Shown here in pieces: positions 39,419-50,356 of a DNA stretch of 64,000 nucleotides. The notes under the pieces were generated by a model. That model did no database searches. It was not told where the DNA came from and saw nothing but the letters and a program-made list of their open reading frames with translations. The DNA lies in contig JAXGZN010000001.1 of the NCBI GenBank assembly GCA_040776945.1, forward strand, positions 704,001 to 768,000. Reading direction: 5' to 3'. Within the stretch, counting starts at the first letter, position 1; each line of letters starts with the position of its first letter. The position numbers were made by a program, and so were the translations under genes. The stretch comes from Methanomassiliicoccaceae archaeon (GTDB lineage: Archaea > Thermoplasmatota > Thermoplasmata > Methanomassiliicoccales > Methanomassiliicoccaceae).

Positions 39419-41148
39419 GCCTTACCCCCCAGGGATTCGAACTGGCCGGCCATCTCCTTGCCCACGGCGTCCAGTTCCTGGTCGATGTTCTCCTCGTACT
39501 TGGCCTTGGCCAGCCTGTTCCTTACCGGCAGCTCGACGATGGAGTCGACGGAAACGTCGGACTCGACGGCCCTGTTGGACAGGTCGGAGAACTGTCTGAT
39601 GAGCTTCATGAACTTGTACTGGCGCGGCAGAGGGCAGTAGGTATCGACCTTGTGGTAGGCGTTCTGCTGCAGGAAGATCTCGCGGATCATCCTGGCCACC
39701 TCAAGAACCATCTTCTGCTCGTCGGGCAGCGCGTCGGAACCGACCAGCTGCACGATCTCTTGCAGCTCGGCCTCCTTCTGCAGCACCTCCATGGCCCACT
39801 GCCTCAGGGCGGGGAAGTCCTCGGCCACGTTGGCCTTGTACCACGCGTCGAGGTTTCCGGTGTAGAGCGAGTATGACGTGAGCCAGTTGATGGCGGGGAA
39901 GTGCCTCCTCTCGCGAAGCTTGGAGTCCAGGGCCCAGAACACGCGGACGATGCGCAGGGTGTTCTGCGTGACCGGCTCGGACATGTCACCGCCGGGCGGG
40001 GACACCGCGCCGACGACGGAGACCGAGCCGACGGTCCCATTGGGGTTGTTCACCCGGCCGGACCTCTCGTAGAACTCCGATAGCCTGGCAGCGAGGTAGG
40101 CTGGATAGCCTTCCTCGCCAGGCATCTCCTCGAGACGGGACGAGATCTCCCTCATGGCCTCGGCCCACCTTGATGTGGAGTCGGCCATCAGCGAGACGTT
40201 GTAGCCCATGTCGCGGTAGTACTCCGCAATGGTCATGCCGGTATAGACGGACGCCTCACGGGCGGCCACGGGCATGTTGGATGTGTTGGCGATCAGCACG
40301 GTCCTCTGCATCAGAGGCTCCCCGGTCTTGGGGTCCTCCAGTTCCGGGAAGGTTGCCAGCACCTCGGTCATCTCGTTCCCGCGCTCACCGCAGCCGATGT
40401 ACACGACGATCTCGGCGTCTGACCATTTTGCAAGCTGCTGCTGGGTGACGGTCTTCCCGGTGCCGAACGCGCCGGGGATGGCCCCGGTGCCGCCCATGGG
40501 AAGGGGGAACATGGTGTCAAGAACGCGCTGACCGGTGACAAGGGGGATGTCGGGAAGCAGTTTCTTCTCGAAGGGCCTCCCGGACCGTACTGGCCACTTC
40601 TGCAGCATGGTGATCTTCTTCCCGCCCACGGTGGCAATGGTCTCATCGACGGTGAAGTCGCCCTCGGTGATGCTGTCAAGGGTGCCGCTGATCCCAGGCG
40701 GGATCATGATCTTGTGGACGATGTTGAACTCCATCACCGTCCCGATGATGCTTCCGGGGACCACTTGGTCGCCTTTCTTGGCAGTAGGGGTGAAGTGCCA
40801 CTTCTTCGTGTGGTCCAATCCGGGGGCGCTGACCCCCCTCTTGATAAAGTCGCCCATGCTCTTCATGAGGACGGGGAGAGGTCTCTGGATACCATCGTAC
40901 ACGCTGCTCAACAGACCGGGGCCCAGCTCGGCCACCAGAGGCTGCGCGGTATCGATGACCTTCTCGCCGGGCTTCAGCCCGGAGGTCTCTTCGTAAACTT
41001 GAATGATGGTCTTGTCGCCGTCGATCTTGATGACCTCGCCCATCAGGCCCTCTTCTCCCACCTGCATGATGTCATACATCTTGGGGGAGATCCCGATCGC
41101 GGTCACCACCGGTCCGGCTACCCTGTAGATCTCACCTTGCTTCGCCAT
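39415..41148 (-). CDS. atpA: A-type ATP synthase subunit A
   Basis: GAFGTGKT Walker [20 protein letters not shown]. Confidence 0.97.
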   Translation of the reverse strand: MAKQGEIYRVAGPVVTAIGISPKMYDIMQVGEEGLMGEVIKIDGDKTIIQVYEETSGLKPGEKVIDTAQPLVAELGPGLLSSVYDGIQRPLPVLMKSMGDFIKRGVSAPGLDHTKKWHFTPTAKKGDQVVPGSIIGTVMEFNIVHKIMIPPGISGTLDSITEGDFTVDETIATVGGKKITMLQKWPVRSGRPFEKKLLPDIPLVTGQRVLDTMFPLPMGGTGAIPGAFGTGKTVTQQQLAKWSDAEIVVYIGCGERGNEMTEVLATFPELEDPKTGEPLMQRTVLIANTSNMPVAAREASVYTGMTIAEYYRDMGYNVSLMADSTSRWAEAMREISSRLEEMPGEEGYPAYLAARLSEFYERSGRVNNPNGTVGSVSVVGAVSPPGGDMSEPVTQNTLRIVRVFWALDSKLRERRHFPAINWLTSYSLYTGNLDAWYKANVAEDFPALRQWAMEVLQKEAELQEIVQLVGSDALPDEQKMVLEVARMIREIFLQQNAYHKVDTYCPLPRQYKFMKLIRQFSDLSNRAVESDVSVDSIVELPVRNRLAKAKYEENIDQELDAVGKEMAGQFESLGGKA

Positions 41149-41150
41149 TT

Positions 41151-41456
41151 TCAATCCCTCTCAGTCTTGTATAGGTCAACGCCAATCGCCCTCTTCACCT
41201 TCTCTCTCAGGTCGCCCTCTTCTCCGCCCACCGGAACAACGACCGGGGAGATGCTGTCCATCGCCTTCTTGCGGGAGTTGGGAGAGGTCCCGGACAGGTC
41301 AGCGGCATTAATGGCCAATATGCCGATGGACGGGTCCGCCACCAGTTCCAGCAGCTTCTGCTCGTACTCCGCCGGCCGGACGGCATACACCCGCCGGATG
41401 CCGGCAAGGCGGAAGCCCAGCACGAACTCCTCGCTTCCTAGCACTGCGAACTCCAT
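41151..41456 (-). CDS. atpF: A-type ATP synthase subunit F
   Basis: [17 protein letters not shown]. Confidence 0.93.
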   Translation of the reverse strand: MEFAVLGSEEFVLGFRLAGIRRVYAVRPAEYEQKLLELVADPSIGILAINAADLSGTSPNSRKKAMDSISPVVVPVGGEEGDLREKVKRAIGVDLYKTERD

Positions 41457-42517
41457 CAGATCACCAGCAGCTTCTTGATCGCCTCGTGGTCCATCCCGGT
41501 GGCCTTGCCGCGGGCCACGATGCGGATGTTGTCGACCTCGATCTTCTTCCTTATAACATAGTCTATGATGGAAAGGACCGACAGTGGATAGAGATGGGAG
41601 AACTTCTCCGCCTGCTTGGCCTGATAGGCCTGCAGACTCAGCATCACGTCGTTGAGGGAGCCGGTCCTCTTGGCCGTCTCCAGCCCTTCCTTTATGTCCT
41701 CGTAGAACTTCAGCTTGGACAGCTCACCGAGCATTTGTTCAAAGCTCTCGGCCGAGGACAGCCGTGTAAGCTCCTTGATGTCCATTTCATGTCCGCCCTC
41801 GATGAAGAAGGGGTGGATCTTTTCCATGCTCAGCCCTGCCTGCTTGAGCTTGAGCAGGGTGCGCAGGTTGACGATGTCTATCTCCCTTCGGATATACTGG
41901 TGGAAGAGCGTGCGAGGCTTTCCCTTGGGAGGGACGGCTATCAGCAGCTTCTCATAGTAGTCCTTGTCGAGATAGTCCTCGATGGGGGCCAGGTTCCCGG
42001 TCTTCTCGTAGTTCGACAGGACCTCCTCGGGAATGGTGATGTCCTGCTTGCTGTGCACGGCGTCCAGGACCGCCATCGGGCCGTCCAGCGCCACCAAGGA
42101 TAAAAGATACTCCTCGCTGAGGTTCCCGGCAGGAACCAGGTCCTCCTGGATCTCTTCGAGGCTCGCGTTGGAGAACTTGCCGCGCAAGATGGTCTTGATG
42201 TTCTGATAGTCCCACCGGCGCAGATAGGCCGCCAGGATGGTCCTGAGGTCGCCCTCGCAAAAGTTGATGATGCTGCGGTACGTGCGGGCGAGGTTCATGG
42301 AGGTGCCCAGTTCGATGAGGTTGACCCCTGAATACTTGGAGGCCAGTTCCGTCATTTCCTGCTTGTATTCCGTCTCGCCCATGAACCTGCCAATCTCGTT
42401 GAGATCCATCATCATCAACTTGGGGTAGTTGTCCTTGGTCAGCAGCTGGGCCTTCTTCGCCTTGACCCTGGCCGTGGCATATGGATAGTTACCCTTTTTG
42501 CGGCCTAGTTTATACAT
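41456..42517 (-). CDS. atpC: A-type ATP synthase subunit C
   Basis: YATARVKA, NIKTILRG, EVDNIRIVARG; operon position. Confidence 0.93.
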   Translation of the reverse strand: MYKLGRKKGNYPYATARVKAKKAQLLTKDNYPKLMMMDLNEIGRFMGETEYKQEMTELASKYSGVNLIELGTSMNLARTYRSIINFCEGDLRTILAAYLRRWDYQNIKTILRGKFSNASLEEIQEDLVPAGNLSEEYLLSLVALDGPMAVLDAVHSKQDITIPEEVLSNYEKTGNLAPIEDYLDKDYYEKLLIAVPPKGKPRTLFHQYIRREIDIVNLRTLLKLKQAGLSMEKIHPFFIEGGHEMDIKELTRLSSAESFEQMLGELSKLKFYEDIKEGLETAKRTGSLNDVMLSLQAYQAKQAEKFSHLYPLSVLSIIDYVIRKKIEVDNIRIVARGKATGMDHEAIKKLLVI

Positions 42518-42532
42518 TTGTTCACCTAACGC

Positions 42533-43090
42533 TCACTCGAACAGGATGTTCGAGATGTTCTTCATGTCCCGGTCCCAGATGCTCTCCAGGATGGTCTCGA
42601 AGCGGTAGTCCAGGCGGACCGAACCGTCCTCGTTCTCCAAGATCAGGCCGGAGCTCATATCGATCTCGGTCAGGCACTCGCATCCCCTGAGCCCAGCCAG
42701 TAGGTCGGCCTCGCCCTTGGGGATGAAGACCTTGGGCCTGTTTATGGCCCTCTTGCCATCGACCAGGATCTTCTTGTATAGATCGGACTTCTCGTTGGGG
42801 CCCATCGTGGACAGCTCCTTGAGCATATCCTCGAAGGTCCGGTTCAGGATGTCCTTCCTCTTGTTGAGGATGATCTTCTTTGCCTCCAGTTCAGCACTGG
42901 AGAGTTCCTGCCTCCTCATGCGCATGAGGCCGTCCTGGAGCTCTTTCTCCTCCGATCTACGCATCTTCTCGATCCTTTGATCGACTTCCTGGAGGATCTT
43001 CGCTCTCTCCTTCTCAGCCTCCTGGATTCGCTGGTCGGCTTCCTTCCTAGCGGTCTCCAGGATATCTTCGGCTACCTTGTCCAATGCCAT
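42533..43090 (-). CDS. atpE: A-type ATP synthase subunit E
   Basis: N-terminal coiled coil, GLILENEDGSVRLDYRF; operon position. Confidence 0.9.
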   Translation of the reverse strand: MALDKVAEDILETARKEADQRIQEAEKERAKILQEVDQRIEKMRRSEEKELQDGLMRMRRQELSSAELEAKKIILNKRKDILNRTFEDMLKELSTMGPNEKSDLYKKILVDGKRAINRPKVFIPKGEADLLAGLRGCECLTEIDMSSGLILENEDGSVRLDYRFETILESIWDRDMKNISNILFE

Positions 43091-43115
43091 GAGCCAGCCT
43101 CTGTGCGCGGACTGC

Positions 43116-43340
43116 TCACATATTTAGCCAGAGCAGGATAGCTACGACCAGACCGAAGATGACGATGGTCTCAGGGATAACGGTCAGGATAAGGCCCTTA
43201 CCAAAGAGCTTGTCGTCCTCGGCCATGGCGCCGACCGCGGCCGCACCGATGCTCGACTCGGCGATAGCTGACGCAATGCCCGTGATGCTAACGGCCAGTC
43301 CTGCTCCAATCGCAATCAATCCGCTACCAATGTCTGCCAT
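43116..43340 (-). CDS. atpK: A-type ATP synthase subunit K (c, single hairpin)
   Basis: Two TM helices with IPETIVIFG carrying the ion-binding Glu. Confidence 0.95.
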   Translation of the reverse strand: MADIGSGLIAIGAGLAVSITGIASAIAESSIGAAAVGAMAEDDKLFGKGLILTVIPETIVIFGLVVAILLWLNM

Positions 43341-43343
43341 TTT

Positions 43344-45395
43344 TTATTCCTCCAGTGTGTGCTTTCTCTCTATCTTTAGCGGGTTGAACTCCAACCCGCC
43401 CCCTTCGTAGAACTTGTTGAAGAGCTCGACGTACTGCAGCCTGATGCCATGCAGTCCTGCCGAGATGATTGCCAGTACGAAGATCATCAGGTGTCCCACC
43501 ACGAAGATGAGCAGCCCGACGATGATCATGATGCCTCCCTCCGAGGCCAGCATCTCAATGGCTATGAAATTGAAGGCCAGCGCCATGCCCGCCTTGGACA
43601 TGCCGATGGCCGCCAGCCTAGTATAGGATAGGACGTTGCTCATGACCTCGGGGAGCTCCACGAGGGCCTTCCCCCCTTCTCCCTTGACCGCCATGACCAG
43701 GCCTACCACCAGCAGGCCCACGCCGGCAAGGAAGCGTATATCGGTGAAGTCCAGAGCGAAACCTCTGATCAGCACATCGACCATGACCAATAGGACGAGG
43801 GCGAAGCCCACCATGATCATTATCCATGAGAACTTCTCGCTTATCGCATGCTTAAGGCCATGCCGGATGGTCATGTTGTAAAACCCGAGGGCCAGTCCGA
43901 TGATCAGGTGAGCGATGCCGATCCACAGGGTAAGGTACAGAAGGATCTTGACGTCCCCCAGCTTGGTAAGGTATCCGAGCTGTATCGGGATGTCGCCGAT
44001 GCTGAAGAGGACCCTGGGGATATCCACGCCCAACAGGGCCGACCAGGACAGTTCATCGGCATGAGGGGCGTTGAACTCTATGCCCAACATGTCGCCGTAC
44101 ATGAACAGCCCGAAGACAATAGAGGCCAAGCCTCCGTAGAACAACATGGTGGAGATGCCCCTCCACTCCTTGCTCTTGGTCTTCTTCAGACCTAGATAGC
44201 CGAGAACGGCGAAGGGAAGGCCGTAGCCAACGTCGCCGACCATTATGCCAAAGAATATGGGGAAGAATATTGCGACCGCGATGGTGGGATCGATCTCGTT
44301 GTATCGAGGGGTTGAGAGCAGCTTGGTGAAGAACTCGAACCGGCCCACTCCCTTGCCGTGCTGGAGCTTTACTGGGGTCTCTTGGGACATGGGCACCGCG
44401 CTCACCTCAGCGGTGGTCATCCCGGCCTCCATCCTTATCTCCTCCTTGGACTCGTGGACCTCCTCCCGGGACCGGTCCTCAAGGACCTCGATGTGGATGC
44501 TGTCCTGGAACTTGTCTTTGAAGGCCTTCTGGACCTTGCCGACATCGGCGGTCGGGGCCCATGCTTCTAGGACGAAGGCGTGCTCCGATGCCCCCATCCT
44601 CAGGGGCAGCTCGGACTTCTCCACCACTATGCTCAGGTGCTCGTCTGATGCAAGGATGAAGTCGGCATGTTTCTCTCGGAGCTGCTCGATGTTCTTTTCA
44701 ACGTCCTCCATCTCCTTGGTAAGGGCGCTGATCTCGCCTTCAAGCTCCGAAGCAATTTTTTCGGGCTTGCCGGTTCCCTCAGGCACCTGCACCTCGGTGA
44801 GGCCGTTCTGTATCAGAACGCGCTGGGCCTCATCCGCCTTGGCAAGCGGGACGAAGACAACTATGAAATTTCCACTGGAACTGGTGAAGGTCTCCACTTC
44901 CCCCCCAAGAGCCTCCATCAGCTGGGCTTCGGGGTTCGAATGGATATGACCGGCGATCACGTCCAGGCTGCCATAGCCCTTGTACATTGAAAGATCAAGG
45001 TCGATGGAGCGGAACGGTTGTAAAAGGGATAGCTTGGACTGGGCCTCGCTGAGGCGGGCCTGCATGGCCGACTTCGACGCGATGGTCCCGTGCATCTCGG
45101 CCTCGATCTGCTCTATTGTAGTATCTATGGTTGGCGCGATCTTGCTGATCGGCACCTTGTTCCCGAACTTGGCCTCGTCGACCTTGAGGTCCTTCTCCAT
45201 GGATCGCAGCTTCAGGAGCATGCGGGACGCGTCCGACGCCTCGGGAAGGGGGGACCCCAGGGTGAACCCTTCCTCGTCGGGGGAGAAGTCGACAACATGG
45301 ACGTTCTCGAGCCCATAGAGAAGTTCGATGGAGGCTGGTAACCTTTCCTTGGTCCCTACGACCAAGATCCTACTCATTGGCTCCGGCAGCAGCAT
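43344..45395 (-). CDS. atpI: A-type ATP synthase subunit I (a)
   Basis: PRYNEIDPT, GDVGYG, LSYTRL, HGIRLQYVELF. Confidence 0.95.
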   Translation of the reverse strand: MLLPEPMSRILVVGTKERLPASIELLYGLENVHVVDFSPDEEGFTLGSPLPEASDASRMLLKLRSMEKDLKVDEAKFGNKVPISKIAPTIDTTIEQIEAEMHGTIASKSAMQARLSEAQSKLSLLQPFRSIDLDLSMYKGYGSLDVIAGHIHSNPEAQLMEALGGEVETFTSSSGNFIVVFVPLAKADEAQRVLIQNGLTEVQVPEGTGKPEKIASELEGEISALTKEMEDVEKNIEQLREKHADFILASDEHLSIVVEKSELPLRMGASEHAFVLEAWAPTADVGKVQKAFKDKFQDSIHIEVLEDRSREEVHESKEEIRMEAGMTTAEVSAVPMSQETPVKLQHGKGVGRFEFFTKLLSTPRYNEIDPTIAVAIFFPIFFGIMVGDVGYGLPFAVLGYLGLKKTKSKEWRGISTMLFYGGLASIVFGLFMYGDMLGIEFNAPHADELSWSALLGVDIPRVLFSIGDIPIQLGYLTKLGDVKILLYLTLWIGIAHLIIGLALGFYNMTIRHGLKHAISEKFSWIMIMVGFALVLLVMVDVLIRGFALDFTDIRFLAGVGLLVVGLVMAVKGEGGKALVELPEVMSNVLSYTRLAAIGMSKAGMALAFNFIAIEMLASEGGIMIIVGLLIFVVGHLMIFVLAIISAGLHGIRLQYVELFNKFYEGGGLEFNPLKIERKHTLEE

Positions 45396-45714
45396 CTAAT
45401 GTCCTCTCGAAGCTTTGTTTGATCATGAGCTTTGCCTTGGGTATCCGATCGTTAGCCCTGGCCTCGATCTTGGCAGCCTCGTCCCTGCCCTTGGCGAGCA
45501 GTGCTTCCCTCTGAACGGATAGCGACTGTCTCTCCTGAGCGAAGGCGGACTCGTTCTTGGCGCGAAGGTCCTGCTCGGCCTTCTGCATCCTGTCCACGGC
45601 TTCCCTTCGAGCGGCGGCGACGATGCTCCTCTGCTTCTCTTCCGCCTGCTCGAGCGTCTGCTTGGCCTTGGCCTCAGCGTCTTTTACTTGGAGAAGTGTT
45701 TCAGCTTTGCCCAC
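45370..45714 (-). CDS. atpH: A-type ATP synthase subunit H (G)
   Basis: Ala/Glu/Lys-rich coiled coil, first gene of the operon; GTG start inferred. Confidence 0.8.
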   Translation of the reverse strand: MGKAETLLQVKDAEAKAKQTLEQAEEKQRSIVAAARREAVDRMQKAEQDLRAKNESAFAQERQSLSVQREALLAKGRDEAAKIEARANDRIPKAKLMIKQSFERTLDAAAGANE

Positions 45715-45865
45715 AGAACTCTCTCCGGAAGGTTTCTCCAGTATCGTTTCATGATATTTAAAGTGTTGTGAAATCAGGCGCTGGCCCTCTTCCCTCCAGG
45801 CAGGTTTCCGCTCGTTGTTGGAAAAATAAAAACGGTCGAGCGGGCCCTGCCAGATTAAGTGCCGT

Positions 45866-46336
45866 TTACTCGTTAGGGCGCTCGGCCGCTCGGGAACCGA
45901 ACCTACGGACCACGACCCCGCTCTCATCGAGCACCCTCCTCGAGAGCTCGTCGATGTAATCGTCCTTGTATACGATCTCGCGGATGCCGGCGTTCACCAG
46001 GATCTTGGCGCACATGACGCATGGGAAGTTGGTGGTGTAAATGGTAGAGTCCTTGATGCTAACCCCAAAGTAGGCCGCTTGGATCACGGCGTTCTGCTCC
46101 GCGTGGACCCCCCGGCACAGCTCGTGGCGGGTGCCGGACTCCACGTGGTTCTGCATGCGGACGCAGCCTACCTCCCCGCAGTGCCTGAGCCCCTTGGGCG
46201 CCCCGTTGTATCCAGTGGTCAGCACTCGCTTCTCCTTGACCACCACCGCTCCTACGTTGCGCCTCAGGCATGTGGAACGGGTGGCCACTAGCTCGGCCAT
46301 CCTCATGAAGTAGGTGTCGTTGTCCGGCCGCTCCAT
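45866..46336 (-). CDS. dCMP deaminase family protein
   Basis: RSTCLRR, TGYNG, HAEQNA, PCVMC zinc motifs. Confidence 0.92.
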   Translation of the reverse strand: MERPDNDTYFMRMAELVATRSTCLRRNVGAVVVKEKRVLTTGYNGAPKGLRHCGEVGCVRMQNHVESGTRHELCRGVHAEQNAVIQAAYFGVSIKDSTIYTTNFPCVMCAKILVNAGIREIVYKDDYIDELSRRVLDESGVVVRRFGSRAAERPNE

Positions 46337-46445
46337 GCCCGTCCATCCGTCCTTCGGCATATCTAACTTGTGCCGCCTTAAGGGAGCGTTCGTACGGTAC
46401 CCGGTCGCTAAGAGTATTATACTATCTCCCCCTTTGTGTGACCTC

Positions 46446-47324
46446 GTGCCATCCAGGCAGAGCGGCTCTCAAGGACGGTGGTACAAGCTCAAACCGTTCA
46501 TCATCGCCCCGGTCATTTTCATCGTTCTCGTGGGGGGCATCTATGCCTACAGTGGAGTGTGGCCTCCCATGGTGGTCGTTGAGTCGAAGAGCATGCAGCA
46601 CTCCGACCGGAGCTCCATCGGGGTAATTGACACCGGCGACATAGTGATGGTGAGGTCGGTGGGCTCGGCCGATGAGGTGGTGACATATCTGAGAGGCGTG
46701 GCCACCGGCCATTCGACGTATGGAGAGCCGGGGGACGTCATCATATACCATAAGAGCGGGATGAGCCGGCCGATAATACATAGAGCAATCGCGGCGCTGG
46801 AGTACAACGCCACCGGCGGTGGGTTCGATGTTCCTGAGCTGGCGAACGTGCCGGCATCGATGTGGTCCGTGCCGGGCGGCGACCGGGCCTGGTGGAACCT
46901 TAAGGACAGCGTGGAGCTGTACGGCATCGGGTTCCTGAAGGTGACCGTCATCATCGACCTAAAGGCCATGCTGGATTACATGAGATCGCCGGCATACTCC
47001 GGGGAACCGCACGGCGGGCTCATCACCATGGGCGACAACAACTATTACACGGGCGTCGACGGCACCCTCTTGGGCAAGTACGACCAGAGATGGCTGGGCT
47101 CGATGAGGGAGCCGATAAAGAGCGAGTGGATCGTTGGCAAGGCCAGAGGCGAGCTGCCATGGTTCGGGCTCATCAAGCTGTATGCCACCGGCACCGCGCC
47201 GGACTACACTCCGGAGAACAGCAAGGTTGACCTGGTGATCGCGCTCGCCCTGATCATTGTCGTCCCCATCGCCATCGACGTCCTTCAAGCGGTCGTGCGG
47301 GGACGCTCCGGGCGCAATGAATGA
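46446..47324 (+). CDS. S26 signal peptidase (Sec11-like)
   Basis: VVESKSM (catalytic Ser), GDVII, IIHRA, TMGDNN; start uncertain. Confidence 0.85.
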   Translation: MPSRQSGSQGRWYKLKPFIIAPVIFIVLVGGIYAYSGVWPPMVVVESKSMQHSDRSSIGVIDTGDIVMVRSVGSADEVVTYLRGVATGHSTYGEPGDVIIYHKSGMSRPIIHRAIAALEYNATGGGFDVPELANVPASMWSVPGGDRAWWNLKDSVELYGIGFLKVTVIIDLKAMLDYMRSPAYSGEPHGGLITMGDNNYYTGVDGTLLGKYDQRWLGSMREPIKSEWIVGKARGELPWFGLIKLYATGTAPDYTPENSKVDLVIALALIIVVPIAIDVLQAVVRGRSGRNE

Positions 47325-47342
47325 TAGGCCCGGCAACGAAGC

Positions 47343-48578
47343 TCAGATAAGGGTCGTCTGGTTCTTGGGCCGATAGTTCCTGATGCCCTGCAGGATCTCG
47401 TCGTCCTCAAGGATCTTCTTCGTTTCCACCCTCGGCACCGAGGACTCTATCTCCTTCGTCCGCCCGCCCCGCCCGAAGGACTTGACCCTGGCATGTATTA
47501 TGCCGAGCATGTCCAGCTCGGAGATGAGGTCGGTGACGCGGCGTTGGGTGAGCACGGTGACGCCAATTATCTGGCTCAGCTCCCTGTAGGTCTCGTAGAC
47601 ATCGCCGGTGGTCAGCCGTCCGTCCCCTCGGTCCTCGTTGAGAAGTATGCTCATGAGGACCAGCTTCGACTGCGTCGGCAGCGTCCGTATGGCCTCGGTG
47701 ACGCAGTCCAGTTCGATCTTGTTCTTGGCCTTGTAAACATGCGCCTCGGTGACCTTGTCGTCGCCGTTGCGCTCGGCGATCTCGGCCGCCACCCTTAGTA
47801 GGTCGAGCGCTCGCCGGGCGTCCCCGTGCTCCTGCGCCGCCAGGGCCGAGCAAAGCGGCGCCACCGCAGGCTCGACGACGCCGCTGAAGAACGCCAGGTC
47901 GGACCGTTGCTTCAGGATGTCCTTGAGCTGCTCCGCGTTATATGGAGGGAACACCATCTTCTCCTCTCCCAGGCGGCTCTTGACCCGGGGATCGAGGAAC
48001 TCTGTGAACTTGAGGTCGTTGGAGATGCCGATGAGCGATACCTTCGCCCGCTGGAGGTCATCATTGATCCTGGACAGGTGGTACAGCACGTCGTCTCCCG
48101 ACTTGTACACGAGCTTGTCTATCTCGTCGAGCACGAGGATCACGACCCTGTTGGTGTCGTCGATCTTCTCCCTGAGGATGTTGTAGACCCTTTCAGTGCT
48201 CCATCCGGTGAAGGGTATGCGCTCATTGAAATCGCCGATGAACATGTTGCCGATGTTCTGGAGAACGCCATACTGAGTGTCGACGACCTCGCAGTTCATG
48301 TACAGGTAGGTCACGCGGTTGAACTTGGAGTCGGCCTTCTGGATCTCTTTCCCCAAGTACTTCACCGATGCGGTCTTGCCGGTGCCGGTCTTACCGAAGA
48401 TAAGGACGTTGGACGGCCGGTCGCCGCGCAATGCGGTCACCAGGATCGACGCGAGCTGATTGATCTGTTCCTTGCGGTGGGGGAGTTCGTCAGGAATATA
48501 GGACGGTCGGAGGATCTCTCGATTGCGTTGGAAAATCTTCTTCGCGTTCAAGTACGGCTGGAATATGCTTTCGTCCAC
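47343..48578 (-). CDS. cdc6: Orc1/Cdc6 replication initiator
   Basis: LPHRKEQI, GKTGTGKT, LDEID, HGDARRALDLL, C-terminal wHTH. Confidence 0.97.
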   Translation of the reverse strand: MDESIFQPYLNAKKIFQRNREILRPSYIPDELPHRKEQINQLASILVTALRGDRPSNVLIFGKTGTGKTASVKYLGKEIQKADSKFNRVTYLYMNCEVVDTQYGVLQNIGNMFIGDFNERIPFTGWSTERVYNILREKIDDTNRVVILVLDEIDKLVYKSGDDVLYHLSRINDDLQRAKVSLIGISNDLKFTEFLDPRVKSRLGEEKMVFPPYNAEQLKDILKQRSDLAFFSGVVEPAVAPLCSALAAQEHGDARRALDLLRVAAEIAERNGDDKVTEAHVYKAKNKIELDCVTEAIRTLPTQSKLVLMSILLNEDRGDGRLTTGDVYETYRELSQIIGVTVLTQRRVTDLISELDMLGIIHARVKSFGRGGRTKEIESSVPRVETKKILEDDEILQGIRNYRPKNQTTLI

Positions 48579-48616
48579 TTCTCTCCCCCGTCGATGTGAA
48601 AATGGCCCAGACCGCT

Positions 48617-48638
48617 ACCCCTTCATTTCCATTGGAGA
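48617..48638 (-). repeat. ORB element 1 (TCTCCAATGGAAATGAAGGGGT)
   Basis: Matches the archaeal ORB pattern TCCA..GGAAA...GGGG. Confidence 0.85.
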
Positions 48639-48748
48639 GCGGCCGGGGCCCTTCCTTGGACACATATAGAAGGCATATAATTTACTTTTTCTTTTAGTTA
48701 TGTCCAGAGCATATTTGGTTTTTTAAAAAAATATCTCATAAGACCCCC

Positions 48749-48770
48749 ACCCCTTCATTTCCATTGGAGA
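48749..48770 (-). repeat. ORB element 2, identical to ORB1
   Basis: 22-bp exact direct repeat of 48617-48638. Confidence 0.85.
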
Positions 48771-49018
48771 TAATAAAAACGCACCGGTCCCACGGGAAAC
48801 ATAGGTCAGGCAGAGCACTGGTCATGCGATCGAAGAAGGGGATAGGTCCGCTTGAGGGCATCGAACCTGAGCGCAGGTGCAGACGATCGGGATGATGTGA
48901 TCCATCTGAAACGTACATCGGAAACGATGGTGTGAGAGAGATAATGCCAAAGTGAAGGTGGGTAAGGACAATATACTTACGTTAAATATAGTAAGGAAAA
49001 GGAAGGAAGGAAGGAAGG

Positions 49019-50284
49019 GTGAAGGACGACCTTAGAAGGGGAGGGCGACCTCTGGTCGCTATCGTGACCTTGGACGAGGATATCTCTGAACTGGAGGACC
49101 TCGCCCGCTCGGCAGGCTATGAGGTGCGATACGAGATCATCCAACGAAGGAGATTCCCGAACACCCGAACCTTCATCGGAAAGGGGAAGCTCAAGGACGT
49201 CAAGCAAGTACTGGATATGGCCCCCGTATCTGCTCTCATCATCAACGGCGAGCTGAGACCATCGCAGCACTACCTACTCGAGAGCCAGTTGGGAGTGGAG
49301 TGCATCGACCGCGTCCGACTGGTCCTCAATATATTCTCCGAGCGGGCATCATCCCGCGAATCGAAGCTGCAGGTGCTCAGGGCCAAGCTGATCTACGAGA
49401 TACCCCTGCTTCGAGAGTGGATACACAATGCCAAGACAGGAGAGCATCCTGGTTTCCTAGGAGGCGGCGCCTATGAGACCGATGCTTATTACGAGCTGAT
49501 CCGACGACAGCTCAGCAGGATAGACGGGGAACTGCATAGGATGGACATCAATCACCTGCTCCGCCGCCAACAACGCCGAAAAAGAGGGTTCAGCACCGTT
49601 GCGCTCGCCGGCTATACAAATGCCGGCAAATCCTCCATCCTCAACTCGATCACCTCAGAGAAGGTCCTGGTGGAGGACCGCATGTTCTCGACCCTGACCA
49701 CCACCATAGGGCGTTTGGAGGGGGAGAACAAGCCGATCCTGGTCACCGACACCATCGGCTTTCTTGACGCTCTTCCCCATTTCCTCATCGAGTCCTTCAA
49801 GAGCACCGTCGACGAGATCTATTTCGCCGACCTCGTGCTGCTGATAATCGACGCCTCGGACACCCTGGAAGAGGTCCGTAGAAAGATGGAGACGTCCCGG
49901 GAGATCCTGTTCCCTGAGGTGGATGCATCATCTCTGCTCATTGTTCTCAACAAGAGAGATCTGGTCAGCGATATGCAGGCCAAGGCCGACCTGGCCACGG
50001 AACTGGTACCGGCACGCGGGGTGCTGACTGTCTCCGCCCTCACTGGTCAGGGCATGGACGCTCTCCGCGACGCGATCGCGGCCACCTTTCAATACCCAGT
50101 GGAGATGCGTTTCCAGCTGCCTCACGGCGAAGGCGTGGCACCTTTCCTCTCCTGGCTGCACACCAATGCCGAGGTGGTCCAAGTGAAATATGGCGATAGG
50201 GTCGAGGTCCACCTGTTCGGCCAGGAGAAGGACCACACCAACATAGTAAGACAGGTGGTGGCCCTGGGCGGCCAGGCGATGTGA
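49019..50284 (+). CDS. hflX: GTPase HflX
   Basis: IGKGK, GYTNAGKS, MFSTL, DTIGF, NKRD. Confidence 0.95.
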   Translation: MKDDLRRGGRPLVAIVTLDEDISELEDLARSAGYEVRYEIIQRRRFPNTRTFIGKGKLKDVKQVLDMAPVSALIINGELRPSQHYLLESQLGVECIDRVRLVLNIFSERASSRESKLQVLRAKLIYEIPLLREWIHNAKTGEHPGFLGGGAYETDAYYELIRRQLSRIDGELHRMDINHLLRRQQRRKRGFSTVALAGYTNAGKSSILNSITSEKVLVEDRMFSTLTTTIGRLEGENKPILVTDTIGFLDALPHFLIESFKSTVDEIYFADLVLLIIDASDTLEEVRRKMETSREILFPEVDASSLLIVLNKRDLVSDMQAKADLATELVPARGVLTVSALTGQGMDALRDAIAATFQYPVEMRFQLPHGEGVAPFLSWLHTNAEVVQVKYGDRVEVHLFGQEKDHTNIVRQVVALGGQAM

Positions 50285-50356
50285 TCCGCCCAGCCTCGGG
50301 GGAACAGCGCGGGCCCGGATGAACAGACCTGATAACAGACCCGGTACCGCTCGGCC

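Larger units (their letters stand above)
48617..48932. other. probable chromosomal replication origin (ORBs plus AT-rich unwinding element)
   Basis: Intergenic region upstream of cdc6. Two identical ORBs flank an AT-rich tract (about 48661-48740), and degenerate opposite-strand mini-ORBs lie at 48789, 48901 and 48914. Confidence 0.85.

Noticed and set aside
39415-41148. Intein in atpA, as found in some Thermoplasmatales
   Set aside because: The Walker A region [16 protein letters not shown] is contiguous and the length is normal
48993-49018. (AAGG)n purine run upstream of hflX
   Set aside because: A short simple repeat that doubles as an SD-like sequence; no evidence for a separate function
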